This document shows positions 17,797 through 26,889 of a stretch of DNA of 59,553 nt, in pieces. Below the pieces are notes generated by a model. It did no database searches. It was not told the origin of the DNA and worked only from the letters and a program-made list of their open reading frames with translations. The translations under genes and the position numbers were made by a program. Origin of the DNA: an uncultured Fusobacteriaceae bacterium (GTDB taxonomy: Bacteria; Fusobacteriota; Fusobacteriia; Fusobacteriales; Fusobacteriaceae); contig CAZHXU010000001.1 in assembly GCA_964536535.1 (NCBI GenBank), forward strand, positions 1 to 59,553, written 5' to 3'. How positions within the stretch are numbered: the stretch's first letter is position 1; every line of letters starts with the position of its first letter.

Positions 17797-18621
17797 CTAT
17801 TCTCCTCCTAATTTATTCTTATTGAAAAGGTCAAAACTTCCCAGTGATCCTAATACAAATAGTATAACTGGGGATAACATATATAAAAGTCCTCCAAAGA
17901 TTACTCCTAATATTTTTCCCTTTTCGCCTTCTTTTCTTTTTACTATATCTATTGCTACTTTAAACCCATATATAGTATACACACTTTGTATTATGCCAAG
18001 TACATTATCAATTATTATATTATTTACATTAGTAAATTTACCTAATAAAAATGCACCTATATACCATAAAAGGTGAACATAACTAAGTTTCCAATTTCTC
18101 TCTTTTTCCTTATTTACAAGTGCAACTGTCACTAAATAAGTAAAATATACATATACAAATAAAGTTTTAAATATTGCTTTAAATGAATTTATTATTGCTT
18201 CTTCTATAAGTGCTGTGTTTTCACTAAATCTTTCAGATAAAGCTTCTACACTTATATTCTTCGCCGTTTCTAATGTAGTATCTATAAACTCTTTATTAAA
18301 GTAATACACTCCAATTATTAATAAAATTGAAATCATAGTAGTAATTACGCTCTTATCAAATTCCCCTATTTTTACTTGATATTTTTCAAAGAAAAAATAT
18401 GCGAGTAAAATTATACCATAGATACTCGAAAATATCATTATAAATATTGGGTGTGCTATATAAACACTTATTCCTACAAAAGCCGAAAAAGCTATTGCTA
18501 AACCAGTTCTTCTATTTTTATCTACTTCTCTTATAATATGTGAAGTAAATAAAAAACCAAAGTATGGTGGCATAATTGCAAAAAAAGCATATGCCCAAGC
18601 TCTTATTAATGAAAAAATCAT
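17797..18621 (-). CDS. DUF2232 (YybS-like) polytopic membrane protein
   Basis: 274 aa with several hydrophobic segments. Sits directly upstream of rplI-dnaB, as yybS does in Firmicutes. Confidence 0.55.
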   Translation of the reverse strand: MIFSLIRAWAYAFFAIMPPYFGFLFTSHIIREVDKNRRTGLAIAFSAFVGISVYIAHPIFIMIFSSIYGIILLAYFFFEKYQVKIGEFDKSVITTMISILLIIGVYYFNKEFIDTTLETAKNISVEALSERFSENTALIEEAIINSFKAIFKTLFVYVYFTYLVTVALVNKEKERNWKLSYVHLLWYIGAFLLGKFTNVNNIIIDNVLGIIQSVYTIYGFKVAIDIVKRKEGEKGKILGVIFGGLLYMLSPVILFVLGSLGSFDLFNKNKLGGE

Positions 18622-18622
18622 C

Positions 18623-20206
18623 TTAAACCTCTTTCTTCCCCTCTTCTTTTTGATGAAGAGTTACTCTATTTCTACCATTATTTTTTGATGTATATAGAGC
18701 TTTGTCTGCTAGGTTAATAAATGCATTGTACTCCAGTTCTTCACAGTCACTAATATGAGCTACACCTACACTTATTGTTACCTTTAACTCTTGTTCATTA
18801 TAAATAAACAATCTTTTTTCTATATTTTTTCTTATACGCTCTGCTACAAGTAGAGCTGTTTCTGGTCCTGTTGCAAGCAACATTACCCCAAACTCTTCTC
18901 CACCATATCTACTTACTATATCAAATTTTCTAACTGAATCTTTTATTATTTTAGCTACTTCTTTGATAACAAGATCTCCAGCCAAATGACCATAAGTATC
19001 GTTAAACTTTTTAAAATAATCTATATCTAACATAAGAAGTGAAAATTCTTGATTATATCTTTCATATTTTCTTATTTCTTGATCTAATCGTTCTTTAAAA
19101 TATGTTTGTAAATATAATTTTGTCATAGAATCAGTAATTGCCATAGTATATAAAGTTGCATTATACAAAAATACTGATATTTGACCTCTAAGTGTTTCTA
19201 ATAGAGGTAAGTCTATATCTACCAAACTTTTAAATGCTATTATACCAAGTAAATTACTATTTGAAACTAATGGAATAATATATGGTATTCCTTCTTTACT
19301 ATTTTCAAATACTCTTGATATTTCTTTATAAAAATTACTTTTATTAACTAATTCTTTATTTTTATCTATTACTCCACCCAAAACATGTACTTTACATGGT
19401 TCACTAATGTTATTAATAACTATGTTTTCTTCATTTTCTCTTTCTAAGAAAAATCTTTCATTTTCATCATCATAGTTAAAAATAGCAATATCTTTTGCAT
19501 TAAATTTTTCTTCTAAAAGTTCTCTTATATATTCGTGAAGTTTTTTTACTTCAAGAGTAGTACTAAGTTTTGATGAAAAGGCATTAATAAGACCCAAATT
19601 AAAGTTTTTATCAAGTAATTCGGCATTTTTTCTTTCTATCATAGCTTTTTTTACTGCATTTTCTAATATTATCTCCACTTGACCTCTGATAGTAATCAAA
19701 AACTCTTCATCTACTTCACTATATGAACCAAAAGCTTTTTCTCCAAGTACTATAAACATAGTTTCATAATCAGAGTTATGAGCCATAAAAGTAAGACAAA
19801 AACCTTCATCAAATTCTTTAAATATCTCTGGAAGTACATTTTTATCATTCAAACTAGATATTTTAATAACATTTACACCATTTAACAAAGCTTCTTCTTC
19901 TTCTCTTTGTTTCATATCTATCCCTATTTTATCATAGGGGGTATAACAGTTTTTACTTCCATTAAAAGTAAGTTTTTTATCTTTTATTTCAAAACAAAGT
20001 CCTCTTTTTACCAAACTAACTTCAAATAACATATCAAGAATAAGTTTTTTTAAACTAGGTATACTATCTTCTTTAGCTATTGTTTTTGTTGTTTGGTTAA
20101 TGGCTAAAAATTTAAAGCTCTTTTCTGCATACTTTCTTTCCAAGATTTCATAATCTCTTTTTAAGATCTCCATTTGATCCATATTATTTTTCATTAGACC
20201 ACCCAC
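18623..20206 (-). CDS. Diguanylate cyclase (GAF-like sensor regions + GGDEF domain)
   Basis: C-terminal FNDTYGHLAGD and RYGGEEFGVML (active GGEEF), with an RKFD I-site 5 residues upstream. No TM segments seen. Confidence 0.85.
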   Translation of the reverse strand: MGGLMKNNMDQMEILKRDYEILERKYAEKSFKFLAINQTTKTIAKEDSIPSLKKLILDMLFEVSLVKRGLCFEIKDKKLTFNGSKNCYTPYDKIGIDMKQREEEEALLNGVNVIKISSLNDKNVLPEIFKEFDEGFCLTFMAHNSDYETMFIVLGEKAFGSYSEVDEEFLITIRGQVEIILENAVKKAMIERKNAELLDKNFNLGLINAFSSKLSTTLEVKKLHEYIRELLEEKFNAKDIAIFNYDDENERFFLERENEENIVINNISEPCKVHVLGGVIDKNKELVNKSNFYKEISRVFENSKEGIPYIIPLVSNSNLLGIIAFKSLVDIDLPLLETLRGQISVFLYNATLYTMAITDSMTKLYLQTYFKERLDQEIRKYERYNQEFSLLMLDIDYFKKFNDTYGHLAGDLVIKEVAKIIKDSVRKFDIVSRYGGEEFGVMLLATGPETALLVAERIRKNIEKRLFIYNEQELKVTISVGVAHISDCEELEYNAFINLADKALYTSKNNGRNRVTLHQKEEGKKEV

Positions 20207-20214
20207 ATATTTAT

Positions 20215-21726
20215 TTATTCGACTATTTCTCCTTCAAAAAAGTCCAAGACTTTTTCAACTAAAGGCCCCTTACCTTTGTTTTTCTCTTCTCTTTTTATTT
20301 CCCCAACTACTTCATATGCTACTTTTATATTATTGTTTATACTAGATTTTAGTACATCTTCTAACACTTGTCCATACTCTTTTTTTTCCATCATCTCTTT
20401 ATGGAATTTTGCTTCTGATGAAAAAGCTATTACTAAAGTATCCCCTTCTACCCTAGATACCATTGCCCTATCTAAAAAAGCTTTAAGAGTTATTTTTCTA
20501 TTTCCCACTTCACGAAGTATTTCTGCCCATTTTGATTTAATAAAGTTCAAGTCTAGATTAATATCTTCTCTATTTTCAGTTGTTCTTTCTACACTTCCAA
20601 CAGGTACTTCTACTATCTTTTCTACAACTTTTTCTATTACTTCTACTTTTGGACTACTTACTTCCTTTTCTATATAAACTATCTCTTTTTCTTTATTTAT
20701 ATTTTTTGGACTAATTTTATAAAGGATTAAATACCCTAATAATCTTTTGTCTTCTTCATACTTAAATCTATTTATTACTTCAAATATCTCTTCTATTATC
20801 CCAACTGTTCTATCTATACCTAATGAATTATTATCTTCCATAATAAGTTCTTTTAGATAATAAGCAAAATCTCTAAAGAACTCTTCTACATCTATACCAT
20901 TTTCCCAAAGTTTATCAAGTAAAACCATAGCTTCTTTTAGGTCATTTTTTGCTATAAGTTCATACAAATTTTCTAATTTTGCCCTAGGTATTACTCCCAA
21001 AGCTTTTTCAACTTTTTCTTTATCTATATCTTCACCTAAATAATAACTAATTATCTTTTCTAAGATAGATATAGCATCTCTCATACTCCCACCAGCTTTT
21101 TCGTGGATGAGTCTATAACTCTCTTTATCTATCTTTATTCCTTCACTAGTTGCTATTTCATCAAGTTTATTTCCCATTTCTTCAAGAGACATAGGCAAAA
21201 AGTCGTATCTTTGACATCTAGAAATAATAGTATCTAATATTTTATCTGGTTCTGTTGTTGCAAGGATAAATAATACATGACTAGGTGGCTCTTCTAAAGT
21301 CTTTAAAAGTGCATTAAAAGCTTCTTTAGTAAGCATATGAACCTCATCTATTATATAGACTTTTTTTCTTCCTTTTACTGGTTGATAATTGATTTTATCC
21401 TTTAATGACCTTATCTCATCTATACCTCTATTTGATGCAGCATCTATTTCTATAAGGTCTATAAAGTTTCCTTTATCTACAGCCAAACAGTTTTCACATG
21501 TATTACAAGGATTATCTGTAATTCCATTTGTAATACAATTAAGACCTTTTGCTATTAGTCTTGCAGTTGTAGTTTTCCCTACTCCTCTTGGACCAGTAAA
21601 GAGGTATGCATGTGCCATACGATTATTCTTTAGAGAGTTTTTTATAGTAGTAATTATTTCTACCTCTCCTGCTACCTCTGAAAAATCTTTTGGTCTATAT
21701 TTTCTATATAAAGTAATATGGTTCAC
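20215..21726 (-). CDS. dnaX: DNA polymerase III subunit gamma/tau
   Basis: YRPKDFSEVAGE, Walker A GPRGVGKTT, zinc module CITNGITDNPCNTCENC, KVYIIDEVHML, SRCQRY. Confidence 0.95.
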   Translation of the reverse strand: MNHITLYRKYRPKDFSEVAGEVEIITTIKNSLKNNRMAHAYLFTGPRGVGKTTTARLIAKGLNCITNGITDNPCNTCENCLAVDKGNFIDLIEIDAASNRGIDEIRSLKDKINYQPVKGRKKVYIIDEVHMLTKEAFNALLKTLEEPPSHVLFILATTEPDKILDTIISRCQRYDFLPMSLEEMGNKLDEIATSEGIKIDKESYRLIHEKAGGSMRDAISILEKIISYYLGEDIDKEKVEKALGVIPRAKLENLYELIAKNDLKEAMVLLDKLWENGIDVEEFFRDFAYYLKELIMEDNNSLGIDRTVGIIEEIFEVINRFKYEEDKRLLGYLILYKISPKNINKEKEIVYIEKEVSSPKVEVIEKVVEKIVEVPVGSVERTTENREDINLDLNFIKSKWAEILREVGNRKITLKAFLDRAMVSRVEGDTLVIAFSSEAKFHKEMMEKKEYGQVLEDVLKSSINNNIKVAYEVVGEIKREEKNKGKGPLVEKVLDFFEGEIVE

Positions 21727-21738
21727 ATTTCCTCCTTA

Positions 21739-23145
21739 TTACTCTAAGCCATAATTATTCATTTTAGTTCTTAGAGTATTTCTTGTTATTCCTAATATTT
21801 CTGCTGTTTCTACTTTTTTACCATTAGTACTTTCTAGCACTTGTCTTATAAGTTCTCTTTCTACCCTACTAATTATATTTCCATAGTAGTTTTTTTGATT
21901 ACTTTGTTTAAGTATCTCTATTTCACCTTCTATCCAATCAGCAAGTACCCAATCTTGTATATCTCCGTGTCTTTTAGATATTTTGGCACCTATTACTGCT
22001 GCTGGCAAATCTTCTACTAAGATACTATTCCCTCTACATAGAGCCATACTAGATTTTATTGTATTCTTAAGCTCTCTTATATTTCCTGGCCATTCGTACT
22101 TAAGTATTTTTTTAAGAGCTGGTTTAGATATCCCTTTGATATTTTGAGCATTTTCTTCATTAAATCTTTTAATAAAACTATCTACTAACATAGGAATATC
22201 ATCTTTTCTCTCACGTACTGGTGGTACATCTATACCTACTACTTTTAGTTTATGATACAAATCTTCTCTAAATTTACCTTCATTTACTAATTCTTCAAGA
22301 TTTTTGCTACTTGAAGCAATTATTCTTACTTCTGCTTTTAGTATATGAGAACCACCAATACGGCTAAACTCTCCCACTTGTAATACAGACAGTAATTTTG
22401 CTTGCATATCAAGATTAAGTTCTCCTATTTCTTTTAGGAATAAGGTACCATTGTGTGCTTGCTCCAAATAACCTTGTTGCACAGCTGTATTTACTTCATA
22501 AGTATCTATTTCATATCCAAAAAATTTCTTTTCTAATATATCCCCATGCAAAGTGGCACAATTTACTGTTACAAAAGTCATCTCTTGTCTGTCGCTAAAA
22601 TTATGAACTGATTTAGCTACTAGTTCTTTTCCACTTCCATTTTCTCCACTTATAAGTATAGGTACATTTGTATCTGAAACTTTCCCAATAACTTTATATA
22701 TATCTACCATTTCTTTTGTATTTCCTATAAGGACTTCATCCAAGTCTTCCTTATTGTACTCTATTTTTTCTGCTTTTAACTTCAAGTCTTTTACAGCTTT
22801 TTCAACTATTTTAGTTAGCGTATCCACATTAAATGGTTTTAATATATAATCATAAGCTCCTGCTTTTATACTACCTGCAACTATCTTCATATTAGATCTT
22901 TCTCCTACTATAAAAATAATTGCTTTTTTATGAAAATTAATAATTCTTTCTATTACTTCAAGAAGTTTTACATAACTAAGTTCATCACCTTCTAAGATTA
23001 TCACATCAGGTTTATTGTTTTTTACTTCTTCAAATACATCTGAAAAATTATCTATAAATCCTATATTTCCTTGAAACTTTCCTTGTAACTCATCTTCTTC
23101 TTTTTTAGAAAGCATAACTCCTAATACTCTCAAAGTTAACACCAA
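21739..23145 (-). CDS. NtrC-family AAA+ enhancer-binding-type regulator with degenerate receiver and no GAFTGA loop
   Basis: Walker A GENGSGKELVA, REDLYHKL..PPVRERKDDIP, C-terminal Fis-type HTH AEILGITRNTLRTKM. The track start at 23145 is TTG; ATG at 23115 (MLSKKEED) is an alternative. Confidence 0.8.
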   Translation of the reverse strand: MVLTLRVLGVMLSKKEEDELQGKFQGNIGFIDNFSDVFEEVKNNKPDVIILEGDELSYVKLLEVIERIINFHKKAIIFIVGERSNMKIVAGSIKAGAYDYILKPFNVDTLTKIVEKAVKDLKLKAEKIEYNKEDLDEVLIGNTKEMVDIYKVIGKVSDTNVPILISGENGSGKELVAKSVHNFSDRQEMTFVTVNCATLHGDILEKKFFGYEIDTYEVNTAVQQGYLEQAHNGTLFLKEIGELNLDMQAKLLSVLQVGEFSRIGGSHILKAEVRIIASSSKNLEELVNEGKFREDLYHKLKVVGIDVPPVRERKDDIPMLVDSFIKRFNEENAQNIKGISKPALKKILKYEWPGNIRELKNTIKSSMALCRGNSILVEDLPAAVIGAKISKRHGDIQDWVLADWIEGEIEILKQSNQKNYYGNIISRVERELIRQVLESTNGKKVETAEILGITRNTLRTKMNNYGLE

Positions 23146-23148
23146 CCT

Positions 23149-24150
23149 TTAATTTTTAGTTTTCAAATCAAACTCAACTTTTACTTTTACCCTACCATCT
23201 ACATATAATCCGTCTTTTTTAATCTCTAATTGCCAAGTTCTAGCAGCTTCTTCTACTGCTCTATCTATACTTGGATATCCACTTTTTGCTACAACTCCCC
23301 TAAATATAGTCATAGATCCTTTTATATCAAACTCTACTTCTACACTTCCACTTTGTGCATTTGAAAGAGCAGATTCAGGATAACTTGGGCTAGTGAATTT
23401 TCTAAATTCTACCATTCCACCATCTACATTTGTTGAATAATTAGCTATATTTTTAGGTAGTTTTGTTTCTGTATCTGTACCTTTTATATCTTTTATTGCA
23501 TTAATATTATCTTTCAAATTAGTAATTGCTGTAGCATCAGTATAATCTTCGCCGATTTTTACCTTTTCAAAATCGCCATTTGATATATTCTCATCTACTT
23601 CTCTAAGTTGTCTTTCATCTATATTAATATCAAGTTTGTCTTCACCTTTTAATCCAAGACTTTCATCAATATTAGTTTCTATCTTAACATCTTCAGTACT
23701 ATTAACTTCACGAAGAGCTCCTTCAACTTTAGTACTTGTTACATTTGTAATATCAAGATTTCTTTCTTTTCGAACAGGTCCAGTAAGAACAGGTAGTTTT
23801 TTCTTTACTTCTACTTTCTCTTCTACTTTTGCTTTTTCGACAACTTCCTTTTTGATTTCTTTCTTTTCTTCAACTACTTTTTTAGGCTCTTCTTGTTTTT
23901 TCACTTCTTCTTTTTTAAGTTGTTCATCTTTTTTCTTTACTTCTTTTGTTGTATTTGCTATTTTTTTCTCTTTCTCATCTGCAAAACTAACTAAAGAAGC
24001 TCTTATCTTCTCTTCTTTTACTTCTTCTATCCTAAATTCTTCATATACTGTAGGAATTAGGAGTATAAGTGCAATGTGGAGTAGAAGAGATGATAAAAAT
24101 ATTATCATAAATCTAAAATTTTCCTTATTATTATTTTCTGTATAATACAT
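23149..24150 (-). CDS. tonB: TonB/TolA-family energy transducer
   Basis: N-terminal TM FMIIFLSSLLLHIALILLIP, long Glu/Lys-rich spacer, C-terminal SPSYPESALSNAQSGSVEVEFDI TonB_C-like domain. Confidence 0.8.
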   Translation of the reverse strand: MYYTENNNKENFRFMIIFLSSLLLHIALILLIPTVYEEFRIEEVKEEKIRASLVSFADEKEKKIANTTKEVKKKDEQLKKEEVKKQEEPKKVVEEKKEIKKEVVEKAKVEEKVEVKKKLPVLTGPVRKERNLDITNVTSTKVEGALREVNSTEDVKIETNIDESLGLKGEDKLDINIDERQLREVDENISNGDFEKVKIGEDYTDATAITNLKDNINAIKDIKGTDTETKLPKNIANYSTNVDGGMVEFRKFTSPSYPESALSNAQSGSVEVEFDIKGSMTIFRGVVAKSGYPSIDRAVEEAARTWQLEIKKDGLYVDGRVKVKVEFDLKTKN

Positions 24151-24157
24151 AAGTCAC

Positions 24158-24595
24158 CTACTCTTTTTCTTCAGCTGCTATATCAAGTGAAAGTGCTCCT
24201 GCATTTTTAGCTGTAGACATAATTTCTACCACAGTTCCGTGGTCTATACTTCTATCTGCTTTAATAATAACGTTTTTTTCTTGACTATTTTCTATAAGAG
24301 TACTTAATTCTCCTTCTAAATCAGTCATTTTTATCTCTTTATTCATCCTCTTACCTGTACTATCCTTATAAGCTATTTCAAGATTTCTATCTTTGTCTAT
24401 AGCTACTAATATCTCTTTATAATCTGAGATTTCTTTTATAGTAGATTGGGGTAAATCTATCTTTACCCCTGCATTAATGTCTATAAATGTTGTTCCCAAC
24501 ATAAAAAAGATTAAAAGTAAGAATACTACATCTATTAGAGGAGTTAAATCAAGTTTTAAACCTTCACTTCTTCTAGTAACTCTTCTTATTTTCAT
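24158..24595 (-). CDS. exbD: ExbD/TolR biopolymer transport protein
   Basis: 145 aa; LDLTPLIDVVFLLLIFFM signature TM with conserved Asp. Confidence 0.9.
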   Translation of the reverse strand: MKIRRVTRRSEGLKLDLTPLIDVVFLLLIFFMLGTTFIDINAGVKIDLPQSTIKEISDYKEILVAIDKDRNLEIAYKDSTGKRMNKEIKMTDLEGELSTLIENSQEKNVIIKADRSIDHGTVVEIMSTAKNAGALSLDIAAEEKE

Positions 24596-24598
24596 ATT

Positions 24599-25216
24599 CT
24601 ACCTCTTTCTTAAAACATTAATAAGTTCTACACTTGATTTTTCTATATCATTTATTATATTATCTATTTTTTTATTAAAATAATTATAAAAAATAACTGC
24701 AGGTATTGCTACTGTCAGACCAGCTGCAGTAGTTATTAGAGCTTGTGATATTCCACTAGCCAAGATTTCAGGATTTCCTGTTCCTACTTTTGCTATATCT
24801 TTAAATGCTATTATCATTCCACTTACTGTTCCAAGTAGTCCTACTAGTGGTGTTACATTAGCAGTAACTCCAAGTAACCACATATGTTTTTCTAGTTTAG
24901 GAAGCATAGATAGAGCTACTTCTCTTGCTTTTTCTTCTAATATATCTACTTTAACTTCTTCACCAAAGTTTACTTCTGTAATTATTTCTTTTAATACTTT
25001 TGAACTTGAATTTGAGTATAACTCACAAAGTTCAATTGCTTCTTCTTTATTTCTTCCTTTAATTGCTTTTTCAAGCTCAAATTTAATATCTTCAGTATTT
25101 CCTCTTTCTTTTGTAAAGAAGTAGATAAATCTATCTACAATTACTGCAAATCCCAAAATTGATAATAATAAAATTACGTACATTAGTGGTCCACCACTTT
25201 TAAATATATCTAACAT
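24599..25216 (-). CDS. exbB: ExbB/TolQ/MotA proton-channel protein
   Basis: 205 aa, three TM segments. LGLLGTVSGMIIAF and ISQALITTAAGL motifs. Confidence 0.9.
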   Translation of the reverse strand: MLDIFKSGGPLMYVILLLSILGFAVIVDRFIYFFTKERGNTEDIKFELEKAIKGRNKEEAIELCELYSNSSSKVLKEIITEVNFGEEVKVDILEEKAREVALSMLPKLEKHMWLLGVTANVTPLVGLLGTVSGMIIAFKDIAKVGTGNPEILASGISQALITTAAGLTVAIPAVIFYNYFNKKIDNIINDIEKSSVELINVLRKR

Positions 25217-25224
25217 ATTTCCTC

Positions 25225-26889
25225 CTAGTATTTCATATTAAATCTTAATGAAAATCTTCTTCCATCTATTGGATAACCACTCATAACCTCTTTATCTTGA
25301 TCAAAAATATTTTCTATTCCAAATGAACCATTTACATTTTGGCTAAAGTTATAAACATTAAACCAGTCAACAGTTACAAATGAGTCTAATTCATTTTGTT
25401 TATTTAGATTAGCATACATATCCCCGTTATAATTGATTACTAATCTAGTTTCATACTTATCTATTTCATATACTGTAGCAAGATTTGCTTTTAATTGTGG
25501 TATATAACTTATTTTATCAAGAGTTGTATATAACAAATTAAGTTCACTTCTTAGATTATTTTCTAATATATAAGTACCTTTAAACCCAAAATCAAACCAG
25601 TTTAAAGTATCTCCAAAATTTCTAGCAATTATTGCATTTTCTCTATTTGTATCTACTTCTACTTGTTCAAAATATATTTTATTTGTTGAACTATTAAAGT
25701 TTGTAAATGCTTCTACAAATAAATTTTCATAAGTATAATTTGCACCAAATGTTCCTTGATATTTATCTTCTGTTTTTAATTCATTAAATGCTACTATATC
25801 ATTTACATAATTAAATTCATCTCTTATATCTTTGCTACTTTTAGTTCTATTATCTTTTTTTACAATTCCATAGATACTCAAGTTATCATTTATTTTTTTA
25901 CTTGCTTCAAAATCAGCAGAAAAATTAAATTCATCTTCTATATTTTCTTTAGTAGAACTTTCAAGTGCAAGACCAGCTTTAAAATCAAAGTCTTTTAATG
26001 ATTCAATCTTAAATCTGTCTCTACCTTCTAAATAAAGTGTTCCACTTTCACCTGTGTACATTTCGTCATATAAATAACCAAATCTTCCTTCAAGTAAATG
26101 ATTAGCACTTTCATCTCTAACAAGTTTTTCATACTCAGCCCAAAGGTTTACATTAGTATTTTTCCATTGTCTTGTATATTCACTTGTGCTTAGAGATACT
26201 GAATCAGATTCAGCATGATAGATATCAACATTCAAATTAGCCATATCTTCTTTTTCTTCAAAAAGTGTATAATTAAAATCTGCACTATACTCCGCTAATT
26301 TTCTACTTGATTCTACTTGACTTATTGAATTAACCATACCAGGATAGTTTTCATCTAATATTTTTATATCAAATTCACTCTTTAATTTTTTATAATCTAC
26401 TAAAACATTAAGGCTGTCTAAACTAACATTACTATTTTTTCTATCTTCACCTTTTACATCTCTATCTAATTTAATTCTATAGTCTATGTCTTCATAACTA
26501 TCTCCATATTGAAGACCATATTCTAAACCGTCTATTTCATTAAATCCAGCAAATCCAAAATAAAGATAATTATCTCTTCTGTTACTATCAAGTATATTTG
26601 AAACTTTATTTCCTATCTCTTCTTTTAAAAAGTCATAACTTGTTCCAAATGTTTCTGATAAATCTTCTACGCTTAAAATATCCTTTTCAAATCCTATTTC
26701 TGCTTCTATACCAAGATCTTTAAGGTCTATATCATTAAAGTCTATTTCAGACAATTCTTCCTTTAATTCTCTGCCTTCATCATAAACTTTTGTACTAATA
26801 CCTTCTACTTCTTTATTAACTTCAAATCCTTCTTGAGCATTTATAAATAGAGCATTTACTAAAAAAGTAAATATAATATATTTTTTCAT
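25225..26889 (-). CDS. Outer-membrane beta-barrel protein (TonB-dependent-receptor-like C-terminus, no recognisable plug)
   Basis: Signal peptide MKKYIIFTFLVNALFINAQ. Alternating aromatic/polar strand pattern. Terminal DGRRFSLRFNMKY with a C-terminal aromatic residue. Confidence 0.7.
   Translation of the reverse strand: MKKYIIFTFLVNALFINAQEGFEVNKEVEGISTKVYDEGRELKEELSEIDFNDIDLKDLGIEAEIGFEKDILSVEDLSETFGTSYDFLKEEIGNKVSNILDSNRRDNYLYFGFAGFNEIDGLEYGLQYGDSYEDIDYRIKLDRDVKGEDRKNSNVSLDSLNVLVDYKKLKSEFDIKILDENYPGMVNSISQVESSRKLAEYSADFNYTLFEEKEDMANLNVDIYHAESDSVSLSTSEYTRQWKNTNVNLWAEYEKLVRDESANHLLEGRFGYLYDEMYTGESGTLYLEGRDRFKIESLKDFDFKAGLALESSTKENIEDEFNFSADFEASKKINDNLSIYGIVKKDNRTKSSKDIRDEFNYVNDIVAFNELKTEDKYQGTFGANYTYENLFVEAFTNFNSSTNKIYFEQVEVDTNRENAIIARNFGDTLNWFDFGFKGTYILENNLRSELNLLYTTLDKISYIPQLKANLATVYEIDKYETRLVINYNGDMYANLNKQNELDSFVTVDWFNVYNFSQNVNGSFGIENIFDQDKEVMSGYPIDGRRFSLRFNMKY

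Noticed and set aside
17531-18076. Long antisense ORFs inside real genes (e.g. 17531-18076, 20276-20677, 23636-24145, 34285-34743, 45578-45925, 51874-52230, all plus strand)
   Set aside because: These are shadow ORFs opposite well-supported minus-strand genes. Their translations are low-complexity S/F/L/I-rich, with no RBS and no recognisable motifs.
20378-20392. A AAA AAA slippery run in dnaX (codons GAA AAA AAA GAG) as a programmed -1 frameshift site for a gamma subunit
   Set aside because: It lies about 45 codons from the C-terminus, so it would remove almost nothing. No downstream stem-loop or upstream SD-like stimulator was seen, and A-runs are common in this AT-rich genome.
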